A DNA stretch of 64,000 nucleotides from Candidatus Gastranaerophilales bacterium (lineage in GTDB: Bacteria > Cyanobacteriota > Vampirovibrionia > Gastranaerophilales > Gastranaerophilaceae): the NCBI GenBank assembly GCA_944326585.1, contig CALVEN010000007.1, positions 282-64,281 on the forward strand, in the 5' to 3' direction. Positions 54,294-63,860 of the stretch are shown here, one piece after another. How positions within the stretch are numbered: the first letter of the stretch is position 1; each line of letters begins with the position of its first letter. Both the position numbers and the translations under genes were made by a program. Below the pieces are notes generated by a model. It saw nothing but the letters and a program-made list of their open reading frames with translations, did not search any database and was not told the DNA's origin.

Positions 54294-54668
54294 ATGAAAG
54301 AAGAGTATAGCAATCACCAAAGACGCTGGTATGACAAAGATCCCGTATTATCGCAGGCAGTAAGTACGCTTGAGCATAGCGATGATCAAACTCAAATCAG
54401 AATCGCTTTGAATTTGATTAAAATTATCATTGAACACAACATTGAAGATGAAAAGTTTGAAGCTGTTGAGGATATTATTAATGCTGTCGGGTCAGGTTTG
54501 GACGACAACAGAAAAGGTCGCTGGTACGATATAGATACCACACTCAGAACAGCCATGAATATGCTTCAGAATTGTCCTGAAGCAACTCAACATGTTATTG
54601 CAAAAGAAATGGCAAAAATGGTTGTTGATAAGATTAAAACTGACGATTCTGACGAGGGTGAAGAATAG
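54294..54668 (+). CDS. Small protein with two 'RWYDxD' repeats (paralog of 46028..46366)
   Basis: GGAGACGG SD. QRRWYDKDPVLSQAVSTL and KGRWYDIDTTLRTAMNML. Confidence 0.6.
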   Translation: MKEEYSNHQRRWYDKDPVLSQAVSTLEHSDDQTQIRIALNLIKIIIEHNIEDEKFEAVEDIINAVGSGLDDNRKGRWYDIDTTLRTAMNMLQNCPEATQHVIAKEMAKMVVDKIKTDDSDEGEE

Positions 54669-54671
54669 TAT

Positions 54672-55235
54672 TTATAAGCCGACTGTTCTGAATATCATAT
54701 AGTATCTGTGAGCACCCCAGTATACAACAAGTGACAGGAAGTTGTTATCCAGATCGGTTGCTTCAAGGTAAGTTTGAGGTGCGGGTTTTCTTTTGGAATT
54801 TTGAAAATGTTTTCCGACAAAATCCAGAAAGTTTATATGCACTTTTTGTGACCATGTTAATTGCGGTTTTGGAAGGTTTTCGTCATAGAAAAATTCCGGC
54901 GTTATATCTCTTTCATACACGGGGATTATGTATTTGATTTTGCCTTGAACTTTAAACAGCATATACCATTTGCCTTCGTGTTCTCTCGGAGTCAGAAGGT
55001 AGTAGCCCGGTTCTATGGTGATTGTTTTGAAAAATAAAGGTCCTGTGAGGCGGAATAAAGGATAAGGCGACCATGAAGTGTCTTTCATGTCGTAATATTC
55101 TCCGGGGTCAATATTGTGAACGTATTTGTGTTCCGGAACGGGTAAATCTCTGTAGATTTGTTCGTAATCCACCTCTTTTGCCGCTGCACACAAAGCAAAC
55201 ATCATTAAAAATAAGGTTACAAGAATTTTTCTCAT
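54672..55235 (-). CDS. Secreted hypothetical protein
   Basis: Signal peptide MRKILVTLFLMMFALCAAA. No domain recognised. Confidence 0.55.
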   Translation of the reverse strand: MRKILVTLFLMMFALCAAAKEVDYEQIYRDLPVPEHKYVHNIDPGEYYDMKDTSWSPYPLFRLTGPLFFKTITIEPGYYLLTPREHEGKWYMLFKVQGKIKYIIPVYERDITPEFFYDENLPKPQLTWSQKVHINFLDFVGKHFQNSKRKPAPQTYLEATDLDNNFLSLVVYWGAHRYYMIFRTVGL

Positions 55236-55290
55236 AACCTTATTTTAATAAATTTTTCTCTAAAATCAATCAGCTAAAAAACGTAAAAGT

Positions 55291-55590
55291 TTAGCCGTAT
55301 ATAACAATATAATCTTTTTCAATTTCTTTTTGAAAAGATTCGGGTAATTGTTTTAATTCATGAATATCAACAATGAACGGTATATTACTTTCATTGATAA
55401 GGGCTTTTAAATCATAAATATTTTTATCGTCTCCGTGAAAATCTTTTACTGCCAAATCCAAATCACTGCCGGAATGAGCTTCATTTTTTATTCTGCTTCC
55501 GTAAGCCCAGATTTCTGCGTGAGGGCAATAACTGTCAAAAACGTCAGTCAGCATTTTCAGATATTCAGGTTTGATAAATAATTCAGCCAT
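55291..55590 (-). CDS. Minimal nucleotidyltransferase (MNT) antitoxin
   Basis: YGSRIKNEAHSGSDLDLAV (GS...DxD motif), 99 aa. Overlaps the upstream HEPN gene by 8 nt. Confidence 0.8.
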   Translation of the reverse strand: MAELFIKPEYLKMLTDVFDSYCPHAEIWAYGSRIKNEAHSGSDLDLAVKDFHGDDKNIYDLKALINESNIPFIVDIHELKQLPESFQKEIEKDYIVIYG

Positions 55591-55996
55591 TACTTATAAT
55601 ATCCTCAAGGTGATAGACATCTTTCAAAAAGTCGTCCATTAGAGTCAAAGTTTCTTCCGCAAATGCTTTGCCGTAATCGTGTGCGGTGTTGTTGCGGTTG
55701 TCGCGGTAATTCATCCAGCGGATAACTTCATCTTCCGTCAAAAGAGAATGTTTATTTGCTTCTCTGAATAAATCTTTAAAAGTCAGTGTATCAACGGCTT
55801 TTTTGCTCGCAAAAAAAGGTGTAAGACGTTTTTTCAAAAGTTTTCCGCTTTGTTCAAGCGTAATCTCAAAACTTTTTACCAGAGAATTGCGGTACATTTC
55901 ATAATCAATTGTTCCTTCCGGTACGGTTTTAATCAATTGATATGATTTTTCAAGCGTTTCAATACATCTTTCAAGATATTCAGTATTAATAGTCAT
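55583..55996 (-). CDS. HEPN-domain toxin (HI0074-type nucleotidyltransferase substrate-binding protein)
   Basis: 137 aa. RNNTAH (Rx4H) HEPN motif. Paired with the MNT gene. Confidence 0.8.
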   Translation of the reverse strand: MTINTEYLERCIETLEKSYQLIKTVPEGTIDYEMYRNSLVKSFEITLEQSGKLLKKRLTPFFASKKAVDTLTFKDLFREANKHSLLTEDEVIRWMNYRDNRNNTAHDYGKAFAEETLTLMDDFLKDVYHLEDIISNG

Positions 55997-56007
55997 TAAA
56001 TACCCCG

Positions 56008-57471
56008 TTATATATTAGCTAATTTTGTATAGTAATCGTTTACGCGTTCAAATTTGTGCGCTGCATTGAACAATTTAGCTTCCTGCAATTGCGGTGCAAG
56101 GATTTGCAAGCCTATCGGCATACCGTCTCTGTCAAATCCTGCAGGAACGCTCAATCCCGGAATACCTGCAAGGTTTGCGCTGATTGTTGCAATATCTGTC
56201 AAATACATTGCTAACGGATCATTTGATTTTGCACCGAGTTCAAATGCAGTGTTCGGGCATGTCGGTGAAATTAATACATCAGCTTTTTTGAACGCTTCAA
56301 CAAAATCCTGCGTTACTAATGCTCTCATCTGTTGTGCTTTTTTATAATAAGCATCATAGTAGCCGGAGCTTAGAGCATAAGTTCCGAGCATTATACGGCG
56401 TTTGACTTCCGGGCCAAAACCTTCTGCACGGGTTTTTGTGTACATTTCAAGAAGATTTTTAGCATCAGGTGTTCTGTAACCGTATCTTACACCGTCAAAA
56501 CGTGCAAGGTTTGATGAGCATTCAGCTGTTGCAAGAATATAGTAAATTCCGATTGAATGTTTCAAATTCGGCAGAGAAATTTCAACAATTTCGGCGCCGA
56601 GTTTTTTGTAGCATTCAATGGCATTTTCAACGGCTTTCTGGACATCTTCCGACAATCCTTCCGACATTAATTCTTTTATAACACCGACTCTTAAGCCTTT
56701 TATATCATTATTCAGGCTTGAGGCGTAGTGTTCTACCGGAAGATTCAATGATGTAGAATCTTTAGGGTCGTGACCTGAGATAACTTCTAAAAGATTTGCC
56801 GCATCTTCAACCGTTCTTGCAAAAGGTCCGATCTGATCAAGTGATGATGCAAATGCTATTAGTCCGTATCTTGAAACACGTCCGTAGGTCGGCTTCATAC
56901 CTACAATTCCGCAGAATGATGCCGGTAATCTTATTGATCCGCCCGTATCGGAACCCAGTGACAGAGTAACTTCGCATGATGCAACACTTGCTGCTGAACC
57001 GCCCGAGGAGCCTCCGGGAACTTTGTTTAAATCCCACGGGTTATGAACTTTTTTGAATGCGGAGTTTTCGTTTGAAGAACCCATTGCAAATTCGTCTAAG
57101 TTAGCTTTTCCTAAAATAGGAACGAGATTATCAAGTAATTTTTGTGAAATAGTTGCGTTGAAAGGTGATACAAAATTTTCCAAAATTTTGCTTGAAGCGG
57201 TTGTTTTTGAACCGACTAAATTCATGTTATCTTTCAAAGCGAGCGGAATACCGGCCAGAAGCGGTAATTCTTCCCCGCGTGCAATTTTTTCGTCAACTTT
57301 TTTTGCTGTTTCCAGTGCTGTTTCTTCAGTTAAAGAATTAAACGCACCTAATTTTTCATCAATTTCTTTTATTCTTTTCAAAGCTGCCTGCGTGAGTTCT
57401 ACAGCTGAAATTTCTTTATTTTTCAAGGCTTTGGCTTGTTCTGTCGCCGGTTTTCTTAAAAGCTCGTTCAT
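56008..57471 (-). CDS. gatA: Glu-tRNA(Gln)/Asp-tRNA(Asn) amidotransferase subunit A
   Basis: Amidase signature GGSSGGSAASVA. Typical length and N-terminus. Confidence 0.93.
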   Translation of the reverse strand: MNELLRKPATEQAKALKNKEISAVELTQAALKRIKEIDEKLGAFNSLTEETALETAKKVDEKIARGEELPLLAGIPLALKDNMNLVGSKTTASSKILENFVSPFNATISQKLLDNLVPILGKANLDEFAMGSSNENSAFKKVHNPWDLNKVPGGSSGGSAASVASCEVTLSLGSDTGGSIRLPASFCGIVGMKPTYGRVSRYGLIAFASSLDQIGPFARTVEDAANLLEVISGHDPKDSTSLNLPVEHYASSLNNDIKGLRVGVIKELMSEGLSEDVQKAVENAIECYKKLGAEIVEISLPNLKHSIGIYYILATAECSSNLARFDGVRYGYRTPDAKNLLEMYTKTRAEGFGPEVKRRIMLGTYALSSGYYDAYYKKAQQMRALVTQDFVEAFKKADVLISPTCPNTAFELGAKSNDPLAMYLTDIATISANLAGIPGLSVPAGFDRDGMPIGLQILAPQLQEAKLFNAAHKFERVNDYYTKLANI

Positions 57472-57534
57472 ATTTTCTCCTTAAAAGCTATCTTATGAAA
57501 AAATTGTATGACAAAAATAAGTTGTTGTAAATGG

Positions 57535-57681
57535 GGATTTATATAGCAAATTACACAGATACTATAAAAAATGCGTCATTCTGAGAGCTTTAGCCCGAAG
57601 AATCTCATTTATTAAGATACTTCGCTAACGCTCAGTATGACGCTGTTTTGAAAATTGCGGCAGAATTTGCTATATAAATCC
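57535..57681. mobile_element. 147-bp palindromic (MITE-like) element with perfect 18-bp terminal inverted repeats
   Basis: GGATTTATATAGCAAATT (57535-57552) against AATTTGCTATATAAATCC (57664-57681). The interior is also an imperfect palindrome (GCGTCATTCTGAG...CTCAGTATGACGC; AGCTTTAGCCCGAAGAATCT...AGATACTTCGCTAACGCT). Confidence 0.8.
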
Positions 57682-57740
57682 ATGTAAATGATTATGATAT
57701 TTTAAGTGATTTTGTGTTAAGATTACATCGGGGAATTTAT

Positions 57741-58916
57741 ATGAAAGCATTGAAATCAATGAGATTACATATAGGAATTTTCGGCAAAACAAATGTCGGA
57801 AAATCGTCGCTTTTGAATAAAATTTCAAATCAGAGTGTTTCTATTGTATCAGATGTCGCGGGAACGACTACTGATGTTGTTGAAAAATCAATGGAGCTTT
57901 TGCCGGTGGGGCCAGTAACTTTTTTGGATACGGCAGGACTTGATGATAAAACAGATTTGGCTGAAAAGCGTATTGAAAAAACAATGAAATTTGTCAACCG
58001 CTGTGATGTGGCGGTTGTTGTCTGTGATTATAACGGTATTGATGATTATGAAAAAAATCTCATTGAAAAATTTGAAGAACTTAAAATACCTTATCTTATT
58101 GTAGTCAATAAAAGCGACGTAAAAGAAATTAAACTTTCGGGGTATGAAAATATCCTGTACACATCAACCGTAAGTGATAAAGATATTGTGTTTAAGTTTA
58201 AAGAAGCACTTGTAAGGCTTTTGCCGGAGGACTTTGTAAACACTCCGAAAATCGCAGGCGATCTTGTTCCTGAAAAAAGCACGGTAATTCTTGTTGTACC
58301 GATTGATAAAGAAGCTCCGAAAGGCAGAATTATCTTGCCGCAGGTGCAGACAATAAGGGATTTGCTTGATAGTAATTGTCTTCCTTATGTTGTGAAAGAA
58401 ACCGAATTAAAAGATGCGCTGGATAATTTAAAAACTCCGCCTGCTCTTGTTATCACTGACTCGCAGGCATTTAAAAAAGTTGCGGAAATTGTTCCGGAAA
58501 ATATTCCTCTCACGTCTTTTTCAATACTTTTTGCAAGATTAAAAGGTGATTTGAAAGAATTTGTGAACGGTGCCGAGGCAATTGCAAATTTAAACGACGG
58601 CGACAGAGTTCTTATACTTGAAAGCTGCTCTCATCACGCAATTGACGATGATATCGGAAGGGTTAAAATCCCGAACTGGCTTAAGCAAAAGACCGGTAAA
58701 GATTTGATTATTGAAAATTATTCGGGACATGATTTTCCCGATATAACCCCGTACAAGCTTATAATACATTGCGGGGCGTGTATGACAAACCGTCGTGAGG
58801 TTTTATCAAGAATTTTAATTGCAAATGAAAAAAATATTCCGATAACAAATTACGGCATTGTAATTTCATACTGCCTCGGAATTTTGCCAAGGGCCGTTAA
58901 AGTGTTTAGTATTTAG
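57741..58916 (+). CDS. hydF: [FeFe]-hydrogenase maturation GTPase HydF
   Basis: GKTNVGKSSLLN P-loop, DTAG, NKSD. C-terminal CSHH...HCGACM cluster-binding motif. Confidence 0.85.
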   Translation: MKALKSMRLHIGIFGKTNVGKSSLLNKISNQSVSIVSDVAGTTTDVVEKSMELLPVGPVTFLDTAGLDDKTDLAEKRIEKTMKFVNRCDVAVVVCDYNGIDDYEKNLIEKFEELKIPYLIVVNKSDVKEIKLSGYENILYTSTVSDKDIVFKFKEALVRLLPEDFVNTPKIAGDLVPEKSTVILVVPIDKEAPKGRIILPQVQTIRDLLDSNCLPYVVKETELKDALDNLKTPPALVITDSQAFKKVAEIVPENIPLTSFSILFARLKGDLKEFVNGAEAIANLNDGDRVLILESCSHHAIDDDIGRVKIPNWLKQKTGKDLIIENYSGHDFPDITPYKLIIHCGACMTNRREVLSRILIANEKNIPITNYGIVISYCLGILPRAVKVFSI

Positions 58917-58922
58917 AAATAT

Positions 58923-59948
58923 CTAACTGCAAGAATGTTTGCCGTCCCAGGATAAATCATCACAATCCCAGTAATCCATATTGCCGTTATAAATTACCCA
59001 TGCAGTACATGTTACATTATTTCCCGTATAAGTTTTGTTCAGACAGGCATTCTCAAAAGATGAACCGATATATGTTCTGTTCGGCATTCCTTGCGGTAAA
59101 ATCCCATCGCGATATATATCAAATTTAAATACGTCTTTTCCGATTTGATTTGGTGATGCGCTTCCGTTTAAATCTACGGTAATGGTTCCGCAATTTCTAA
59201 AATACAATTCACGTTCTTCAGTGGAATTTTTATATGCTTGACACCATACTTCTGCAGCGTTGTCGCCGTTCGCCCCTAAAAATTTTATTGAAGTGCCGTT
59301 ATTGAGTATAAAGGTTTTTTTCATTCTTCCCGGATTGTCCAGATGAGATTTATTCAGCTTGTAGTAATCTTTACCCCAGCAGGCTGTATATATTTTTTCA
59401 TAATTGCTTGCTTCACATGTTTTTAAAATTTTAAGAAATTGCGGCATAATTTTATTGTATATCGGTTCTATATCATATCTATTATTTGCTCCCCAAAAAT
59501 TAATTGGTCCATATTCCTTAATTGCCATATCAAATGCACTGTTCAGGATACTGTAGGTGTGTTTTAATTTTGTTACGAATACTTTTTCTTGATAATTCGC
59601 AACTAGTATCGGAATAGTCATAGCAGCCACAACACCGATAATTGCCAGAGTAATTAGAACCTCCGCCAAAGTAAAGGCGGGTTTTTTAGAAGATACTAAG
59701 TTACTAAGGCAGTAAGGCACTAAGAATTTACTGTGAGCTTCGCTCACTAATTCTTCCCTCCCGCCCTTGAGGGGGAGGGTTAGGGTGGGGGGAATTTTTT
59801 GAGATCCTTCGGCTATCGCCTCAGGATGACCTGTAAAATTACACAGAGACCCCGAATGTTGTCGTGCCTCAGGCACCTCAGGATGACATGATACTTCCGT
59901 CATCCCGGACTTGTTCCGGGATCTTATTTTATCTATTAGATCCCGCAA
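58923..59948 (-). CDS. Prepilin-type protein, paralog 59
   Basis: KKPAFTLAEVLITLAIIGVVAAMTIPILVANYQEK...VDLNGSASPNQIGKDVFKF. The frame is open upstream to the C11/G11 tract. Confidence 0.85.
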   Translation of the reverse strand: MRDLIDKIRSRNKSGMTEVSCHPEVPEARQHSGSLCNFTGHPEAIAEGSQKIPPTLTLPLKGGREELVSEAHSKFLVPYCLSNLVSSKKPAFTLAEVLITLAIIGVVAAMTIPILVANYQEKVFVTKLKHTYSILNSAFDMAIKEYGPINFWGANNRYDIEPIYNKIMPQFLKILKTCEASNYEKIYTACWGKDYYKLNKSHLDNPGRMKKTFILNNGTSIKFLGANGDNAAEVWCQAYKNSTEERELYFRNCGTITVDLNGSASPNQIGKDVFKFDIYRDGILPQGMPNRTYIGSSFENACLNKTYTGNNVTCTAWVIYNGNMDYWDCDDLSWDGKHSCS

Positions 59949-60100
59949 TAAATGCGGGATGACGTATAAGGATTGTCCAAGCTCAAGTGTAATGTCCTGC
60001 CTTTGGCAGTGCGGGATGACGTTTATAGTTTGTAGATTTATTTTTTCACAAAGATTTTTATTTTTTTGAGATGCTGAAACCAGTTCAGCATGACCGGAGG

Positions 60101-60197
60101 TTAAGCTAACTGCCCCCCCCCCCTGAATGAAAAGTAGTTGTTATGCGTATTTGCGCCCATTTTTTAACCTCCAAGTATTCTGTTACTTATTATATCA
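60101..60197 (-). promoter_or_regulatory. Pilin-family expression cassette 5 (minus strand)
   Basis: Minus strand: TGATATAAT (60197-60189); GGAGG (60172-60168); ATG 60160; G11 (60123-60113); TAA 60103-60101. Short frame encodes MGANTHNNYFSFRGGGQLA*. Confidence 0.7.
60113..60123 (-). repeat. G11 (C11 on the + strand) homopolymer
   Basis: Eleven consecutive C on the + strand. Confidence 0.95.
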
Positions 60198-60220
60198 TTT
60201 TTTTTGAATTTTACAAGAAT

Positions 60221-61072
60221 TTATAACAATTCTTTCAAATAATTAGGCAGTGCAAAGCGTGCCATGTGGTAATCTTTGTTATAAATTTTGCAGGTTTTTG
60301 TAATTTCACTGCAGCGTCTTTCATCAATGTATGAAAGCGGTTCAACATTTTCTGAACAAAATGCCCATGCCCAGTATCCGCCGGGATATGTCGGGATGTT
60401 TGAGGTGTAAGTTGAACATACCGGGAATACTTTTTTCAACAAGTCATACATTTTTTTGATTTCTTGTTTGTTTACAAAAGGTGATTCAGATTGTGCAGCC
60501 ATAATGCCGCCTTCTTTGAGGGAATTTTTTACGTTAGTGTAAAATTCTTCCGTAAACAAACCTTCACCCGGTCCCATGGGATCTGTTGAATCAATCAGAA
60601 CAATATCAAATTCGTTTTTCTTATCTTTAATATATTCAATTGCATCTTGAACGAGGATTTCCACTTTCGGGTTATCAAGCCCGCATGATATTGTCGGAAG
60701 ATATTTTTTGCACGCATCAATAACCATTCCGTCAATTTCGCAAAGCACAACGCGTTCGACTGTATCGTGTTTTAAAACTTCTCTAACCGTGCCGCCGTCG
60801 CCGCCGCCGATTACAAGAACGGATTTCGGGCATTTGTGGTTCATCATCGGAATATGTGCAATCATTTCGTGGTAATGGTATTCGTCGCCTTCGGTAGTCA
60901 TCATTAAATCGTCAAGTGTCAAAACGCGTCCGAGTGCGCTTTCTGTTTCAAAAACCTCTACTTTTTGAAATTCGGATTGCTCTGAAAATAATACTTTTCC
61001 TGCTTTTATTGCAATTCCGAATCCGGATGGTGTAATTTCATGATAATATCCGTTTTCTATTCCGTTTTTCAT
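60221..61072 (-). CDS. speE: Polyamine aminopropyltransferase (spermidine synthase)
   Basis: VLVIGGGDGGTVREV and IDSTDPMGPGEGLF. Confidence 0.9.
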   Translation of the reverse strand: MKNGIENGYYHEITPSGFGIAIKAGKVLFSEQSEFQKVEVFETESALGRVLTLDDLMMTTEGDEYHYHEMIAHIPMMNHKCPKSVLVIGGGDGGTVREVLKHDTVERVVLCEIDGMVIDACKKYLPTISCGLDNPKVEILVQDAIEYIKDKKNEFDIVLIDSTDPMGPGEGLFTEEFYTNVKNSLKEGGIMAAQSESPFVNKQEIKKMYDLLKKVFPVCSTYTSNIPTYPGGYWAWAFCSENVEPLSYIDERRCSEITKTCKIYNKDYHMARFALPNYLKELL

Positions 61073-61389
61073 TAATTTTTATCTCCCATAATATGTATAT
61101 GCAGGTGGAAAACTTCCTGTCCTGCTTCTTTTCCTGTATTTATAAGTGTTTTATATGATTTCAAACCTGCTTTTTTTGCGGCAGCTTTGACTGTCATCAT
61201 AAGTTCGCCCAACAATTCTTTATCATCAAGTTCATTTAATGATGCGACGTGAATTCTCGGTACAACAAGCATGTGAACCGGTGCTTTCGGATTTATGTCA
61301 TTAAACACAACCGCATGCTCATTTTCCAATACAAATTCAGTGCCGAAATCTCCGTTTATAATCTTACAAAAAATGCAATTTTCGTCCAT
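61072..61389 (-). CDS. HIT family protein
   Basis: CIFCKII and the histidine triad HLHIHIMG. ATG 61389 preferred. Confidence 0.88.
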   Translation of the reverse strand: MDENCIFCKIINGDFGTEFVLENEHAVVFNDINPKAPVHMLVVPRIHVASLNELDDKELLGELMMTVKAAAKKAGLKSYKTLINTGKEAGQEVFHLHIHIMGDKN

Positions 61390-61514
61390 AATTTTACCTC
61401 TTTTGCTCAATTTTATAACAGATATTTTAAAATTTCAAAATTTTTTAAAAAAATGTTAACCGACTTGCCAATAAATTTTTCCTAATGTAAAATATTAATA
61501 CTTGGGAGGAATAA

Positions 61515-62708
61515 ATGCCGAAGTTAGCGGAACAATATGACAGAAGGCAATTTTATGCGGACGTAAAGCCTACTTACCCCAGAATAAGTGAGGTGCGTCC
61601 TTTAAGAACGTACGGGAAACCCGCTTATACTCCAAGACCTGTTCATTTGCAGGTTAATAAAAAGAAGGTCAGACGAAATAATATTTTGCACAAAATTATT
61701 TCTACGGTTTTCTTTACGCTGATTGCCGTTTTTGTTTTGCCTCTTGGATTTCATAGAGTAACAATGTCATTTTTGCACGGTTCTCCTTATCCTGAGATTA
61801 AAACGGATTATCATGCTCTGAGGTTTCCGACAACAGATTATCTGGCAAATGATTTGTTATTTAACCGGCGTTATTTGACGGGTGTTGAGATTAAAAAACC
61901 CCAAATGCAAAAGATTTCCGAAACTTACAGGATGGGCGATTTGGAAATAAGTCTTAAAAATTTAATGGCTCAATATCCTTCCATTTATCCGTCAATTTAT
62001 GTCTGGCAGTATGAAACCGAAAAGTTTGCAGATATTAATGCGTCCGAAATTTTTTCCGCCGCAAGTATTATTAAACTTCCTGTTTTGATTGAACTTTTCA
62101 AATCTGTTGAGGCCGGGCAAGTGTCGCTTGATGATAAAATGATCCTGACGGATTATTATAGAGCCGAAGGTTCAGGCAGTTTGCAGTTCAAGGCGGAAAA
62201 TTCCAACTGGACTCTTGATGATCTCGCAAGAATTATGGTGACGGAATCTGATAATTCCGCAACCAATATGATTATGTCAAAAATCGGTTCAATGGTTGAT
62301 GTTAACAGAGCCATAAGAAGCTGGGGTTTAAACAGCACATATGTACAAACATGGCTTCCCGATTTGACTGGAAATAACCATACAACCGCGCGCGATTTGG
62401 GAACAATGCTTTATAATATTGATAATAACCCGAATTTTTTGGATATATCTTCACGGGAAAAAATATTTGATTATATGGGGCATGTTCATAATAACCGTTT
62501 AATTCAGGCAGGGCTTGGACCGGGCGCATTATTTATGCACAAAACAGGCGACATAGGCAAGATGCTTGGTGATGCCGGAATTGTTTTTGCGCCGAACGGG
62601 AAAAAATATATTGTCGTAATCCTTGCTAACCGCCCGCATAATTCTGTTCTGGGTAAAGATTTTATCGTAAAAGCGTCCGAAATTATCTACAATTATATGG
62701 TGAGATAA
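61515..62708 (+). CDS. Membrane-anchored serine hydrolase, class A beta-lactamase family
   Basis: N-terminal TM helix. SxxK (ASIIK), SDN (ESDNSA), KTG (HKTGDIG). Confidence 0.75.
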   Translation: MPKLAEQYDRRQFYADVKPTYPRISEVRPLRTYGKPAYTPRPVHLQVNKKKVRRNNILHKIISTVFFTLIAVFVLPLGFHRVTMSFLHGSPYPEIKTDYHALRFPTTDYLANDLLFNRRYLTGVEIKKPQMQKISETYRMGDLEISLKNLMAQYPSIYPSIYVWQYETEKFADINASEIFSAASIIKLPVLIELFKSVEAGQVSLDDKMILTDYYRAEGSGSLQFKAENSNWTLDDLARIMVTESDNSATNMIMSKIGSMVDVNRAIRSWGLNSTYVQTWLPDLTGNNHTTARDLGTMLYNIDNNPNFLDISSREKIFDYMGHVHNNRLIQAGLGPGALFMHKTGDIGKMLGDAGIVFAPNGKKYIVVILANRPHNSVLGKDFIVKASEIIYNYMVR

Positions 62709-63658
62709 TGCTGAAAGATCTTCTGGAAGCGAAAAATTGTTTCAAACTTGTTTGCGGTGCCGGAAATGAGGACGCCAAGGAAGTTGAAAAACTCGTGGCG
62801 GTTTATGCAAAAGCAGGATGCAAATTTTTTGATTTGTCGGCATCTGAGGAGATTATTGATGCGGCAAGATGCGGGCTTGAATTTGCCGGAGTTAATGATG
62901 CTTATTTGTGTGTTAGTGTCGGGATAAAAAATGATCCGCATGTCAATAAAGCCGTTGTGGATTATGAAAAATGTATTTCCTGTTACTCTTGCGATAGTGT
63001 ATGTCCTCAAGGCGCCATAAAGTTTGCAAAAGTTAAAAAATATAAATGTATCGGCTGCGGCAGATGTGCAAAAATTTGCCCAAAAGGTGCAATATCTTAT
63101 GTTTCTGAAGAAAAAGATTTACGTGAAGTTTTGCCGCCTCTTATCTCAAAAGGAATTGATTGTATTGAATTTCATGCAATGGGACTAAATGATGATGAAA
63201 TTTGGCAAAAATGGACTTATATAAACGAAATTTACACAGGAATTTTAAGCCTCTGCACAAGCCGCGGCAAATTAAGCGACGAAAAACTTGTTGAAAGAGT
63301 TAAAAAACTTACCTTTATCAGAGAGCCTTATACGACGATTGTTCAGGCTGACGGATTCCCTATGAGCGGCGGGAAAGATGATTTTAAGACAACGCTGCAG
63401 GCTGTTGCAACCGCTGAAATTATTCAGAATGAAAATTTGCCCGTATATCTTTTACTCTCAGGCGGTACAAATTCCAAAACCGCGGAACTTGCTAAAATGT
63501 GCGGAATTAATGCAAACGGAGTTTCTGTAGGCTCTTTTGCAAGAAAAATTGTTAAAAAATACATTGATCGCGAGGATTTTTTGCGTAATGAATTGGTGTT
63601 CAATGATGCGGTTAATGTCGCTAAAGAATTAATTAGCAAAAGCAATATGCAGAATTAA
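62708..63658 (+). CDS. 4Fe-4S dicluster-domain protein, LdpA-like
   Basis: FKLVCGAGNED N-terminus. CISCYSCDSVCP and CIGCGRCAKICP. The resemblance to cyanobacterial LdpA is from memory only. Confidence 0.5.
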   Translation: MLKDLLEAKNCFKLVCGAGNEDAKEVEKLVAVYAKAGCKFFDLSASEEIIDAARCGLEFAGVNDAYLCVSVGIKNDPHVNKAVVDYEKCISCYSCDSVCPQGAIKFAKVKKYKCIGCGRCAKICPKGAISYVSEEKDLREVLPPLISKGIDCIEFHAMGLNDDEIWQKWTYINEIYTGILSLCTSRGKLSDEKLVERVKKLTFIREPYTTIVQADGFPMSGGKDDFKTTLQAVATAEIIQNENLPVYLLLSGGTNSKTAELAKMCGINANGVSVGSFARKIVKKYIDREDFLRNELVFNDAVNVAKELISKSNMQN

Positions 63659-63668
63659 TGTCAGGCAA

Positions 63669-63860
63669 AACCCTCACCCGAATTTCTAAACTCGCTGGTG
63701 CTCGTCAAGAAATTCTACCCTCTCCCTCTGGGAGAGGGGTGGCTGAGCCACGACATCATGTTTGATAATTTTGGTATGCCTATTCATGTCTTTGTTAGGG
63801 GTGCCAAAGGCACGACAATACAATGTCATTCTGAGCGCCAGCGAAGAATTCCGGTTGCAG
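63669..63860. repeat. Cluster of GC-rich hairpin modules (intergenic)
   Basis: CCCTCACCCGAATTTCT...AGAAATTCTACCCTCTCCCTCTGGGAGAGGGG; GTGGCTGAGCCAC; GTGCCAAAGGCAC; GTCATTCTGAGCGCCAGCGAAGAAT. The same module types occur in the pilin leaders, mfd and 57535-57681. Confidence 0.7.
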
